Shown here piece after piece: positions 8,837-18,271 of a stretch of 32,000 nucleotides of DNA. A model generated the notes under the pieces. It did no database searches. It was not told where the DNA came from and saw nothing but the letters and a program-made list of their open reading frames with translations. Numbering within the stretch: the first letter of the stretch is position 1; each line of letters starts with the position of its first letter. Location of the stretch: the NCBI RefSeq assembly GCF_003428155.1, contig NZ_QLIR01000001.1, positions 210,001 through 242,000 of the forward strand. The letters are read 5' to 3'. The position numbers and the translations under genes were made by a program. Source of the stretch: Fastidiosibacter lacustris. Its GTDB lineage: Bacteria; Pseudomonadota; Gammaproteobacteria; Francisellales; Francisellaceae.

Positions 8837-10408
8837 TTAGTGTCTAAAATGTCTTATTCCTGTGAACACCATTGTGATATTGTGTTGATTGGCAGCATCA
8901 ATAACCTCTTGATCACGCATGGAGCCACCAGGCTGAATGATGGCACTAATTCCAGATTGAGCTGCGGCATCAACACCATCTCTAAATGGGAAAAAAGCAT
9001 CTGATGCCATAACTGAATTTTTAACGTTGAGTTTAGCATTTTGAGCTTTTTCAATAGCAATTTTAGAACTAAATACCCGGCTCATTTGTCCTGCACCAAT
9101 GCCAATTGTCATATTGTCTTTGGCGTAAACGATGGCATTAGATTTAACAAATTTCACTACTTTCCACGCAAATAATAAATCTTGCAGCTGTGCTTGTGTT
9201 GGTTTTTTATTGGTGACAATTGTTAGCTCATTAGCGCTGACTGTTCGTATATCTTTATCCTGCACCAATAAGCCACCATCAATTTTTTTAAACTCAAGTT
9301 CATTTGATGTTACACTTTGATTATAACCACAGGCAAGTACACGTACATTAGGCTTTTTAGCAAGTACGATCAGTGCTTCGTGACTAACTTCAGGTGCGAT
9401 AATAACTTCAACAAATTGCCGCTCAATAATAGCTGTTGCTGTTTGAGCATCAAGCATTATATTAAAAGCAATAATTCCGCCAAAGGCTGAGGTTGGATCA
9501 CACTGAAATGCTTTTTGATAAGCTTCAGTTGAGTTGCTGGCTGTCGCTACGCCACATGGGTTAGCATGTTTGACAATAACGCAGCTGGGTAAATCAAAAC
9601 TTTTAACGCATTGAAGAGCAGCGTCACTATCGGCAATGTTGTTATAAGATAATACTTTTCCTTGTAATTGTTTAGCATGAGCAACACAAGCATTTAGATA
9701 GCCTTTTTCAATGTAAAGTGCTGCTTTTTGATGTGGATTTTCGCCATAACGCATGTCTTCGATTTTTTGATATTGAAGATTAATGGTAGTTGGAAAATTC
9801 TGTTCTTTTTTACCTGTTTGTGGATTGAATTTACCAAGATGGTTAGCTATCATACCATCGTATTGTGCAGTATGTTCAAAGGTCTTGCACGCAAGTTTAA
9901 AGCGTGTCTGAAAATCAAGTGCACCATTGTTCGTAGCAAGTTTATTTGCAACCTCACTATAATCGTTAGGGTCACAAATAACAGCTACATCTTGGTGATT
10001 TTTAGCAGCAGAGCGAAGCATTGTAGGACCGCCAATGTCGATGTTTTCAATCGTGTCTTCAAAAGTGACGTTAGGTTTCTCAATCGTTTGTTTGAAAGGA
10101 TAGAGATTAACAATAACAAGATCAATTGAACGAATATCGTGTTGTTGCATTACTTGATCATCTATACTACGTCGTCCTAATAATCCTCCGTGTATTTTCG
10201 GATGAAGTGTTTTCACTCGACCATCCATCATTTCAGGAAATCCTGTATAATCAGACACTTCGATAACGGGAATGTTTGCATCACTTAATAGTTTTGCCGT
10301 ACCTCCAGTGGATAGAATTTCGATATTAAGCTTATGTAATTGATGGGCAAATTCAATGATATTGGTTTTATCAGAAACGCTGATCAAAGCGCGTTTAATC
10401 GATCTCAT
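8837..10408 (-). CDS. purH: Bifunctional AICAR formyltransferase/IMP cyclohydrolase
   Basis: 523 aa; [50 protein letters not shown], and the PurH C-terminal HRHF-type end. Confidence 0.97.
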   Translation of the reverse strand: MRSIKRALISVSDKTNIIEFAHQLHKLNIEILSTGGTAKLLSDANIPVIEVSDYTGFPEMMDGRVKTLHPKIHGGLLGRRSIDDQVMQQHDIRSIDLVIVNLYPFKQTIEKPNVTFEDTIENIDIGGPTMLRSAAKNHQDVAVICDPNDYSEVANKLATNNGALDFQTRFKLACKTFEHTAQYDGMIANHLGKFNPQTGKKEQNFPTTINLQYQKIEDMRYGENPHQKAALYIEKGYLNACVAHAKQLQGKVLSYNNIADSDAALQCVKSFDLPSCVIVKHANPCGVATASNSTEAYQKAFQCDPTSAFGGIIAFNIMLDAQTATAIIERQFVEVIIAPEVSHEALIVLAKKPNVRVLACGYNQSVTSNELEFKKIDGGLLVQDKDIRTVSANELTIVTNKKPTQAQLQDLLFAWKVVKFVKSNAIVYAKDNMTIGIGAGQMSRVFSSKIAIEKAQNAKLNVKNSVMASDAFFPFRDGVDAAAQSGISAIIQPGGSMRDQEVIDAANQHNITMVFTGIRHFRH

Positions 10409-10616
10409 TGGTTTGATTCTCCAAAAGTGAGAGTTAAAAGCGTTTGAATTGTAACATGGATTTATACTTTAAGCGGTTATAATTTATAGTTTTTACCAAG
10501 AGAATGGTATTTGTACAATTTATATGTCAAGTTAATGAATTTAAGACATAATTAACTTCTACTTTTTATCGTTTTGTTTTTTTATCTTAAGGTAATGTTA
10601 AAAATAATTTTATTTT

Positions 10617-10925
10617 GTGATTAAATCCTGTTATCTCTCCAGCCAAGCGCCTTTTCAAGGCGATTGTACTAGACACGTTGCGATTTGGACAGCTGCCATA
10701 TTAAATGGTGTGAACCCCAAAAGCATAAGAAATTACGATAGCTTGCTTAGCAAATATTTTGATCCATTCATTAAAAAAGGTTATGGGGCATATAAGCCAA
10801 TAATAAAAAATTCTGCTTTGGGCGACTTAGTCGAAAAAGATGATTTTGAACAGATTTTCTCCTCAGAAAGAATGCTTCAGCAGCAATCTCAAGTAGTAAA
10901 CCATGATTCTAATTTTTCTATTTAA
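10617..10925 (+). CDS. Orphan hypothetical ORF (102 aa, GTG start), possibly a gene fragment
   Basis: Open frame from GTG to TAA with an ordered composition (SSQAPFQGDCTRHVAIWTAAILNG); no clear Shine-Dalgarno; no family recognised. Confidence 0.4.
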   Translation: MIKSCYLSSQAPFQGDCTRHVAIWTAAILNGVNPKSIRNYDSLLSKYFDPFIKKGYGAYKPIIKNSALGDLVEKDDFEQIFSSERMLQQQSQVVNHDSNFSI

Positions 10926-11028
10926 AGTTTTATAAATACAGGCGTTCACGTCAATTTTTCAAAGATCTTGCAACTATAACTGGCCATTAATTAATATAAT
11001 TTTGCTATTGAAGGCATTTATGGTAGAT

Positions 11029-11448
11029 TCAATGCTCATTCATCCATGTTTCAAGTATAACACAAGCAGCCAAAGCGTCGACTTTTAAGTGGCGGTTAGA
11101 TTTATTTTGTACTTCTTCTAAACGCCAACGTGCTTCGCGTGTTGAAAATGTTTCTGGAATTAAATGAACAGGTTTTTGATAACGTTGTTTAATTTTCTCT
11201 GCAAACGCGCGGGTTTGTTCTGTGATTTTGGTTTCTTGATCTTTGGCATCAATTGGTAAACCAATCACAATGTCAGTGGGGCGCCATTGTTTAATGATTT
11301 TATCTAATTCCTTCCATTGAGGCTCACCTTTTTTAGCAGATATTGTGGCAATAGGAGTGGCAGTTTTGGTGATCATTTGACCACTTGCAACGCCAATGCG
11401 TGAATTACCAAAATCAAATCCGATAAGTTTATGCATGACCAAAGCCAT
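11029..11448 (-). CDS. ruvX: Putative pre-16S rRNA nuclease / Holliday junction resolvase-like YqgF
   Basis: IGFDFGNSRIGVASGQ, VIGLPIDAKD, KVDALAACVILETW motifs of the YqgF family. Confidence 0.93.
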   Translation of the reverse strand: MALVMHKLIGFDFGNSRIGVASGQMITKTATPIATISAKKGEPQWKELDKIIKQWRPTDIVIGLPIDAKDQETKITEQTRAFAEKIKQRYQKPVHLIPETFSTREARWRLEEVQNKSNRHLKVDALAACVILETWMNEH

Positions 11449-12001
11449 GGTAAAGCTGTGCAGGACCCTTTAAACCAGCAAGGTTAAAAGTTTGTTCCCA
11501 CTTAAAATGATCTTCTTTAGCAAAAAGAATATCATGATTAATCTGTGTGTTAAGCCAGCTATTTTGCTTAAATTCATTTAATAATTGATCATGCGCCCAA
11601 TTGCTGTAACCTGCAATAATAAGGTATTGTTTAGGTGTAATATTCTGCGCAAGGTCAAGTAAAATATTAGGGCTTGTGGTAACAATGAGCTCATCGGTAA
11701 TTTGAATGCTTGAGTCATAGCTATGCGAGTATGGTGTGCGATATAAAACAAAGACATTTTTAATATTCACAGGTCCACCAACATGAATGGACTTGGTTAA
11801 CACATCATGGTTGGTATGACTATAATCAATCTGTAATTCTTTAAATAAATCTTTTAGTTTATGTTTAAGTGGTTTATTAACCATGAGTCCCACTACACTG
11901 TGTTTATCATCTTGATACATAACAATAACAGAACGTTCAAATGTACGATCCTGCAAATTAGGCATAGCAATTAAAAATTGATTTGTTAAGCTATAGAACA
12001 T
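11429..12001 (-). CDS. yqgE: UPF0301/AlgH family protein YqgE
   Basis: MFYSLTNQFLIAMPNLQDRTFERSVIVMYQDDKHSVVGLMVNKPL. The supplied ORF extends to 12106 but family-typical homology begins at the Met at 12001. Confidence 0.9.
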   Translation of the reverse strand: MFYSLTNQFLIAMPNLQDRTFERSVIVMYQDDKHSVVGLMVNKPLKHKLKDLFKELQIDYSHTNHDVLTKSIHVGGPVNIKNVFVLYRTPYSHSYDSSIQITDELIVTTSPNILLDLAQNITPKQYLIIAGYSNWAHDQLLNEFKQNSWLNTQINHDILFAKEDHFKWEQTFNLAGLKGPAQLYHGFGHA

Positions 12002-12032
12002 ATGTTTAAAGTTACTTAAGTTATTCAGACTA

Positions 12033-12446
12033 ATGATTTTAATCAAAGTTGCGATAGGAGTCATATTAAATGACCAAAAAAACCAAGTTTTTTTAACAAA
12101 ACGCAAAGAAAGTCAACATTTAGCAGGTTTATGGGAATTTCCGGGTGGAAAAATTAAGCCTAATGAAAGTCCCGAAGCTGCATTAATACGTGAATTAAAG
12201 GAAGAAGTAGGAATCTATGCTAAGAATATTAGACTTCTTATGGTTAAAACCCATAACTATGGCGATAAAGTAGTGGAGCTTAATTGTTATATTGTAAACT
12301 CCTATAGTGATCTCCCTATGCCAAAAGAGAATCAACAAGGCAAGTGGATTCTTATTGAGATGCTAAGTAGACTTAAGGTTCCTCGCGCTAATCATGAAAT
12401 TATTGAAGCGCTATTACAACAATTAAACTCTAGCGGTAATATATGA
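12033..12446 (+). CDS. mutT: MutT-like Nudix hydrolase
   Basis: Nudix box GGKIKPNESPEAALIRELKEEVGI and WEFPGGK. Confidence 0.85.
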   Translation: MILIKVAIGVILNDQKNQVFLTKRKESQHLAGLWEFPGGKIKPNESPEAALIRELKEEVGIYAKNIRLLMVKTHNYGDKVVELNCYIVNSYSDLPMPKENQQGKWILIEMLSRLKVPRANHEIIEALLQQLNSSGNI

Positions 12447-12536
12447 TTATCGTGCAATATTCCGATTAAGAATGATGTTGTGCTGTTTAATCGCAGAAAA
12501 GCTGTCAATGCCAATTAATTTATTTTTGAGCGTTTT

Positions 12537-13424
12537 TTAATGCTTATATTGTTTAAGTAAATCTTGCATGACGATATTGCAAACATTGCGAATCCAGCGG
12601 TTTTTCTTATCATGCTTTAAACGTTCAGGATAAGATAGTTTAAATGGGAACTGAGGTATCTCAAAAGGTAAGGGAAGGTACTTTTTGTTGAAAATTTGAG
12701 TAATTATCGTTGATGTTGTCATGACGTATCTGTCTTGTAGCATTTCTACTGCTGTTCTTAAACTACTGATTTTTAAGCAGATATTACGTGGTTCAGGGCG
12801 ACCAATAATGTCTAAAAGCAGATTGTCACTTGCAAAGACGATATGTGGTAATTTAATATATTCTTCGTAGGTAATTGATTTTTTGCTATCATCAAAATAG
12901 CGATCATGCATGAGCACACTTTGCTCATAGCTATAGACTTCATCGTTATAACCTTCAATATGGGTTGGAATACCTATGATGACATCAGTATTTTTAAAAT
13001 CGTGATCATAGGGTTGTAGACCGGTATACGAAAGCGTTGTGAGATTAATTTTATGCTTATTGTTATAGTTTAAAAACTTTTCAATAATCGCTTTAGCGCA
13101 AATTTCAGTTAATGCTTCAGTCATTTGGATTGTTACAACAGTCTGTGTGGTGTAGGGGTTGAAATCATGATCTGACATTAAGACCAGCATTTCATCTGTA
13201 ATGCGGATAATTGGATTCAGCATATCACTTGCTTTAGGTGTAAGCCTCATTTTATTACCATCACGTACCAAAAGCTCATCTTTAAACATTATTCTAAGTT
13301 TGCCTAAGCGCATGGTAATAGCTGGTTGTGAAACGTTCATAAGCTTTGCGGTAACACTGATGTTCTTCTCAATAAGTAAATGTCGTAAAATGATCAAATC
13401 ACTACTATCCATAAATGACTCCAA
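12537..13424 (-). CDS. LysR-family transcriptional regulator
   Basis: N-terminal wHTH LIEKNISVTAKLMNVSQPAITMRLGKLRIMFKDELLVRDGNKMRLT; substrate-binding-like C-terminal domain. Start may be the Met at 13409. Confidence 0.9.
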   Translation of the reverse strand: MESFMDSSDLIILRHLLIEKNISVTAKLMNVSQPAITMRLGKLRIMFKDELLVRDGNKMRLTPKASDMLNPIIRITDEMLVLMSDHDFNPYTTQTVVTIQMTEALTEICAKAIIEKFLNYNNKHKINLTTLSYTGLQPYDHDFKNTDVIIGIPTHIEGYNDEVYSYEQSVLMHDRYFDDSKKSITYEEYIKLPHIVFASDNLLLDIIGRPEPRNICLKISSLRTAVEMLQDRYVMTTSTIITQIFNKKYLPLPFEIPQFPFKLSYPERLKHDKKNRWIRNVCNIVMQDLLKQYKH

Positions 13425-13440
13425 TGAACTATTATTTAGA

Positions 13441-13459
13441 GTTTATATTTTATATAAAC
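13441..13459. promoter_or_regulatory. Candidate LysR-type operator upstream of the LysR gene
   Basis: Perfect inverted repeat GTTTATAT-TTT-ATATAAAC, 17-50 bp upstream of the possible start codons. Confidence 0.4.
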
Positions 13460-13525
13460 CATAGCAGAAGTTTTTGTAAATGCTATTTTTGATTATATTT
13501 TAAACTATGTTCTGTGAACCAAATA

Positions 13526-13693
13526 GCTTGGTGATTGGCAGGTTATAAGTGCAAACAAAACAACACAACCAATCACATTGAAGATTATAACGATAAACCA
13601 ACAAAATTTGTAAGCGAGTTTATTAGCTTTTTAGCAAAAGTGTTGCCCAAATTGCTTATTTTAAAACTCACAGACTGGAAGCTTGAACTCTAA
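13526..13693 (+). pseudogene. Possible C-terminal remnant of a decayed gene
   Basis: Frame after stop at 13526 reads LGDWQVISANNNTTNHIEDYNDKPTKFVSEFISFLAKVLPKLLILKLTDWKLEL*; no usable start or upstream ORF. The end resembles an alpha/beta-hydrolase C terminus, but this is a weak impression only. Confidence 0.25.
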
Positions 13694-13972
13694 AGTTCAG
13701 TTATATTTACCCATCTACGCATATAATAAGGACTGACGTTATGAGTTTAAGTAGTAGCTAAAGACATATTTTGTTTGACTCTACAAGGCGATTTTTGGAT
13801 ATATCAAGATACATTAATCAGTATATTAATTAGGGCATACCAAATTGTAATTTCCAAACTTGATCTATCAAAATATAGATAATGGCACTAATGCGAGTGG
13901 CAACTACTGATATGGTTGCTACCTTATCACTTACAGATCAAACCATCATATTTACTTCGCTAGAATTCCTTC

Positions 13973-14107
13973 ATGCACTACTTATCTATAGCACTTATTT
14001 CTTATGTTACGGTAGACATGTCAAATTTACTGTTTATATTAACTGCATCTCTTCTATTACTAAGTGTGATCACTGGGATTCTAGTAAGAGCCTCCAAATC
14101 TAAGTAA
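13973..14107 (+). other. Short hydrophobic ORF (44 aa), small membrane peptide or transporter C-terminal remnant
   Basis: MHYLSIALISYVTVDMSNLLFILTASLLLLSVITGILVRASKSK*; a single TM segment with a basic tail; not in the supplied ORF track. Confidence 0.3.
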
Positions 14108-14214
14108 GACTAAACATGTAATGATAAGAATTTATAAATTTACTTGCAATATGGAGTAGTTTTGTTCAGACTACGGTTTTAAGATGATGACAAATTATTG
14201 AGTAAATTATAGAC

Positions 14215-14655
14215 ATGGAATTATATTCAGATAATAAGATTCAAATTTTTGATGTACTTAATCGTATCCTAGAATTAGAGATGGCTGGTGTTGTCAGATA
14301 TACTCATTATTCTTTAATGATCATTGGTCATGGTCGAATTCCGATCGTGAGTTGGATGCGTTCACAAGCACAAGAAAGTCTCAATCATGCGACACAGGCA
14401 GGGGAAATGATCACACATTTTGGTCAACATCCATCGTTAAAAATTGCAACCTTAACTGAAACCCATAAGCATAATATTGATGAGATTTTAAAAGAAAGCT
14501 TGGAACATGAACATCTAGCCTTAAAGCTTTATCGTGAGTTATTAAAACTTTCAGAAGGTCAGTCAATCCTCTTGGAGGAATATGCAAGAGGCTTAATTGT
14601 TGAAGAGGAAACACATATAGGCGAAGTAGAGAAGATGCTGAAAAAGCCAGTATAG
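14215..14655 (+). CDS. Ferritin-like / bacterioferritin-related di-iron protein
   Basis: 146 aa four-helix pattern with ExxH-type ligands: ELEMAGVVRYTHY, QESLNHATQ, EHEHLALKLY, EEETHIGEVE. Confidence 0.75.
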   Translation: MELYSDNKIQIFDVLNRILELEMAGVVRYTHYSLMIIGHGRIPIVSWMRSQAQESLNHATQAGEMITHFGQHPSLKIATLTETHKHNIDEILKESLEHEHLALKLYRELLKLSEGQSILLEEYARGLIVEEETHIGEVEKMLKKPV

Positions 14656-14687
14656 CTTTACTGATTAGGTTTTTGGTTAGTTTTTAA

Positions 14688-15545
14688 TTATGATTGAGTG
14701 GTCATCGTTGTTACGGTATTTGCAATATGCACTGTGCGCTGTGGAAAGGGAATTTCAATATTGTTTTCATCAAAACAAAGTTTAACAGACTCATTTAGAT
14801 GCCATTTTGTTTCAAAGTAATCAGCTCTGTTTGTCCAATAGCGAACAATTAAGTTGACACTATTATCTCCAAGCGCGTCAACACGTACGATAGGTTGTTT
14901 ATCATCGATTTTAATGATTTTTTCATTTTGATCAACTAATTGTTGCAATAGCTTTTTGGCAAGTAATAGATCACTACTATAACCAATACCAATGATAAAA
15001 TCATTGCGGCGAAATTCATTGTTTGAAAAATTAGTAATAATGCGAGAAGTGACAAGGCTATTAGGGACTTTTATTTCTCTCCCATCTGTTGTCCTAAGTG
15101 TACAAAAAACAAAACTAATGCTTTCTACAGTGCCAGATGTACCACCTAGATCAACAAATTCTCCAATCTTAAAAGGACGAGTAGAAACGATCATAATACC
15201 AGAGACGACAATATTAGCAGATGTTCTAAGCGACATACCAATACCAACAAGTACAGCAGCAATGCCTGCGGTGAAAGGTGTCGTAGAAATACCAAGCGTA
15301 TTTAAGGCAATCAGGATGACAAAGATAACCAAAAAGACGTGCATGATTTGCATCAAAAACATGGTTACAGCTTTATCTAATCGAGTCTTAAACAATACTT
15401 TTTGAGTATTATTTTTGATGATTTTGGCAGCAATTAAGCCAACTACCAGAATAATAATTGCAATGACTATTTGTGGTAAGTATTCAAGGATTAAGTTTAA
15501 TAGCCACTGAAAATATTGATTAAAGTTTTGGATGCTCATCTCCAT
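14688..15545 (-). CDS. MscS-family mechanosensitive ion channel
   Basis: 285 aa; three N-terminal hydrophobic helices, TAGIAAVLVGIGMSLRTSANIVVSG pore-helix region, RPFKIGEFVDLGGTSGTVESI beta-domain signature. Confidence 0.92.
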   Translation of the reverse strand: MEMSIQNFNQYFQWLLNLILEYLPQIVIAIIILVVGLIAAKIIKNNTQKVLFKTRLDKAVTMFLMQIMHVFLVIFVILIALNTLGISTTPFTAGIAAVLVGIGMSLRTSANIVVSGIMIVSTRPFKIGEFVDLGGTSGTVESISFVFCTLRTTDGREIKVPNSLVTSRIITNFSNNEFRRNDFIIGIGYSSDLLLAKKLLQQLVDQNEKIIKIDDKQPIVRVDALGDNSVNLIVRYWTNRADYFETKWHLNESVKLCFDENNIEIPFPQRTVHIANTVTTMTTQS

Positions 15546-15635
15546 AAATGCATTCCTAATTTAAGATTTTATGTTTTGTAGTGGCTTATAAAGATACAAG
15601 AAGTAGGAAATAGTGCAAGTTGAAAATTGCTTATT

Positions 15636-17117
15636 TTAATCAATCACTTCATTGATTTGGTGACTATCTGTTTTACTGGCGCTATGTATATATTTATTTA
15701 AGAATGGGCGCGATAACCACATTAATAATGCAATAACAAGAGTTACAATTCCAATTTGTGCAAAGACACTTGTATAAACGTGCAAGCTTTCAAGTGTGGT
15801 TAATTCTATACCTGTTGGCGGAGAGGTTAGGTTTCCTACATAAGCACCCAAAGGTCCTGCAAGCATACTTGTTAGAAACCATATTCCCATTACAAATCCT
15901 GACATAGCACGTGGGCAAAGTTCCGCAACCATTGCAATACCAAGACCGGATACCAATAGCTCACCAATAGATTGTAATGTATAAGTTAAAACCATCCACC
16001 AAGGAGAGGCTAAACCTGTTTCTGCTGCTGTGAAGCGTGGTAGATATAAAACTAAGAAAGCAAGACCACATAAAGTCATACCAAAACAGAATTTAGTTAC
16101 ATGTGTACCTGGAATTTTTTTATAGAGCACTGCTAAAATGGGTGAAACAATAACGATGACAAGAGGATTTAGAACTTGATAAGATGCAGCGGGGATTACC
16201 CAGCCAAAAACATTATTATCAATATTATGAAGTGCAAAGAAGGTCAGTGAAGTTGGCATTTGGTTGTATAAAACAAAGAACACAATTCCTTCTAGGATTA
16301 GTAAGAAAGCAATCAGCATTCTAGTACGGTCAGAGCCTTTAAGTGACAGTGCAGTTTTTAGGAAGTATAAGAAGCCACCAGCTACAACGATGTATACAAT
16401 GGTATAGCAAATTGTGGTGTGTGGTAACAACTTGCCAAACACAATAACGGCAACAATTGAAGTAACAATTACAGTGATTAAACGTCCAAAAACCATTGGC
16501 TTGGCGCCTGCTTCCGTAGAGATTGAACCAAGTACTTTGTAAAACACGAAATAATTTAATAGTCCAAGCAGTAAGCCAAAAGAACTGATCCAAAAGGCTG
16601 CTTCCCAGCCGAACTGTTGAGCGGCAATAGGGGCAATAAGAATAGAAACAAACGAACCTAAGTTAATTGCCATGTAATATAAAGTCATTGCACCATCTAA
16701 TGCAGGATCTCCTTTTTCATAAAGTTTAGAGATTAATGAAGAGGGATTTGCTTTAAAAAGAGCATTACCAACGATGATACCACCAAGTGCATAAAAAATG
16801 GTATCTTGATTGGATAAAGCTAAGGCAATATAAGAAATAAGTAATATAATTGCACCTAAAGCAACCGTGCGTTTTGCTCCTAAGTATTTGTCACCAACGT
16901 AGCCCCCCACCCAAACAAAGCCATACACAAAAGCCGAAAAGGAACCAAAGGTATAAATACTGAGCTCTTGGCTAAAGCCTAAGTAGCTAACAAAATAAAG
17001 TGCTAGAATTGCTTGCGTGGCATAATAACCAAAACGTTCCCATAATTCAATTCCCCAGATTACCCAAAATGGTTTAGGCAAGCCACGTGAGGCAAGGACC
17101 TCATTAGACATATTCAT
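15636..17117 (-). CDS. POT/PTR2-family proton-dependent oligopeptide transporter
   Basis: 493 aa; ELWERFGYY (ExxERFxYY) motif and GGYVGDKYLGAKRT signature; AAGG-type SD before the start. Confidence 0.92.
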   Translation of the reverse strand: MNMSNEVLASRGLPKPFWVIWGIELWERFGYYATQAILALYFVSYLGFSQELSIYTFGSFSAFVYGFVWVGGYVGDKYLGAKRTVALGAIILLISYIALALSNQDTIFYALGGIIVGNALFKANPSSLISKLYEKGDPALDGAMTLYYMAINLGSFVSILIAPIAAQQFGWEAAFWISSFGLLLGLLNYFVFYKVLGSISTEAGAKPMVFGRLITVIVTSIVAVIVFGKLLPHTTICYTIVYIVVAGGFLYFLKTALSLKGSDRTRMLIAFLLILEGIVFFVLYNQMPTSLTFFALHNIDNNVFGWVIPAASYQVLNPLVIVIVSPILAVLYKKIPGTHVTKFCFGMTLCGLAFLVLYLPRFTAAETGLASPWWMVLTYTLQSIGELLVSGLGIAMVAELCPRAMSGFVMGIWFLTSMLAGPLGAYVGNLTSPPTGIELTTLESLHVYTSVFAQIGIVTLVIALLMWLSRPFLNKYIHSASKTDSHQINEVID

Positions 17118-17159
17118 CCCCTTAAAACATTATAAAGTTGAACAAAATATAAACTTCCA

Positions 17160-17201
17160 TTGCCCATCATTCCGCAGTATTTTTTGAAGCACGATGGGTA
17201 A
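17160..17201. repeat. Hairpin-forming inverted repeat upstream of the POT transporter
   Basis: TTGCCCATC (17160-17168) and GATGGGTAA (17193-17201), 9 positions with one non-Watson-Crick G/T position, 24-nt loop. Confidence 0.5.
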
Positions 17202-17375
17202 TAGGTATGTTTGGCTGGAAATACTAAAGCTTATTGTGTATTCTCAGTTTGCTTTATTGGTCAGCGCAGTTCCCTGTTAGAGGTACTAACTTCAAACCTC
17301 CTATCCTGGAATAGTTATAAATTGTTTTGAAAGTGAAAGCAACTGTTTAGTTGTAATTTATTACAGGTGCTCACG

Positions 17376-18266
17376 TCATTTACGAATACCACAGATAAGC
17401 GCCCATTCATCTTTAAACACTGGCTTTGACAATGTAAAATATTGACTGAAAATTTCACTTACTTCATCAACTTGCTCTTGCAAAATGCCGGATAGTGCAA
17501 GCTTGCCACCCATTTTGACATAACTTGCGATGGTAGCTGCTAGCTCAATCAAAATGCCAGCTAAAATATTAGCAATAAGTATATCAGCTGCAAGTGGCAT
17601 TGGTACATCCTGTGGCAAGCAAGGTGAAAAACCAACAACGATAGTATTTTTATCAGCGTTTGCTTTGCTTGCGATGATAGCTTGTGGATCATTGTCAATC
17701 GCAATAACCGATTTAGCACCTAGTTTTCTTGCTGCAATACCCAAAATTCCTGAGCCTGTGCCAAAGTCTATAACGCTTTCACCACCTTTTATTTCGCGAT
17801 CCAACCAGTTTAAGCACAAGGCAGTTGTTTGGTGTGTTCCTGTACCAAATGCTAGACCTGGGTCCAGTAAAACATTTATTTGATTAGGGTCGTGGCTTGG
17901 CGGTACAAACCAACTAGGATAAATCCAAAGTTTTTGACCAAATTGCATCGGTTGAAAATCGTTCATCCAAGCACGTGTCCAGTCTTGGTCAGCAAATTCA
18001 CGTACTTTGATTTCACCAATGATAAACAGTTTCAGTCGACTTTGATTGAGTTTGATAGTAACTTTATTATGATCATACTTTTCAGTAAAAAGTGCAACTA
18101 ACACTACTTCATCCCATAGTGGGTTTTCACCTACTTTTGGCTCAAGGATAGGTTGATCTTTAGCATCTTGATAGCTAATAGAGCAAGCACCTTCTTCTAT
18201 TAAAAAATTTTCTAATGTAGAAAGGTGAACTTGTAAACAAGTTAGTGAGAGTTCTTTCCAAAGCAT
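17376..18266 (-). CDS. prmA: Ribosomal protein L11 methyltransferase
   Basis: DPGLAFGTGTHQTTALCLNWLDR, VIDFGTGSGILGIAARKLGAKSVIAIDNDPQA, DILIANILAG. Confidence 0.96.
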   Translation of the reverse strand: MLWKELSLTCLQVHLSTLENFLIEEGACSISYQDAKDQPILEPKVGENPLWDEVVLVALFTEKYDHNKVTIKLNQSRLKLFIIGEIKVREFADQDWTRAWMNDFQPMQFGQKLWIYPSWFVPPSHDPNQINVLLDPGLAFGTGTHQTTALCLNWLDREIKGGESVIDFGTGSGILGIAARKLGAKSVIAIDNDPQAIIASKANADKNTIVVGFSPCLPQDVPMPLAADILIANILAGILIELAATIASYVKMGGKLALSGILQEQVDEVSEIFSQYFTLSKPVFKDEWALICGIRK

Positions 18267-18271
18267 AATAA

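Noticed and set aside
10494-10509. Small hairpin TACCA-AGAGAA-TGGTA upstream of purH, considered as a purine riboswitch or PurR site.
   Set aside because: A 5-bp stem is too short, with no purine aptamer architecture or PurR consensus visible.
13882-14103. 73-aa ORF in the LysR-ferritin gap.
   Set aside because: Translation looks random and Cys/Ile-rich. The overlapping alternative frame (13973-14107) has the more protein-like TM peptide.
17129-17134. Perfect TATAAT on the minus strand just before the POT transporter start.
   Set aside because: It is only about 11 bp from the start codon and upstream of the ribosome-binding site by too little for a normal promoter; no -35 match at 17 bp.
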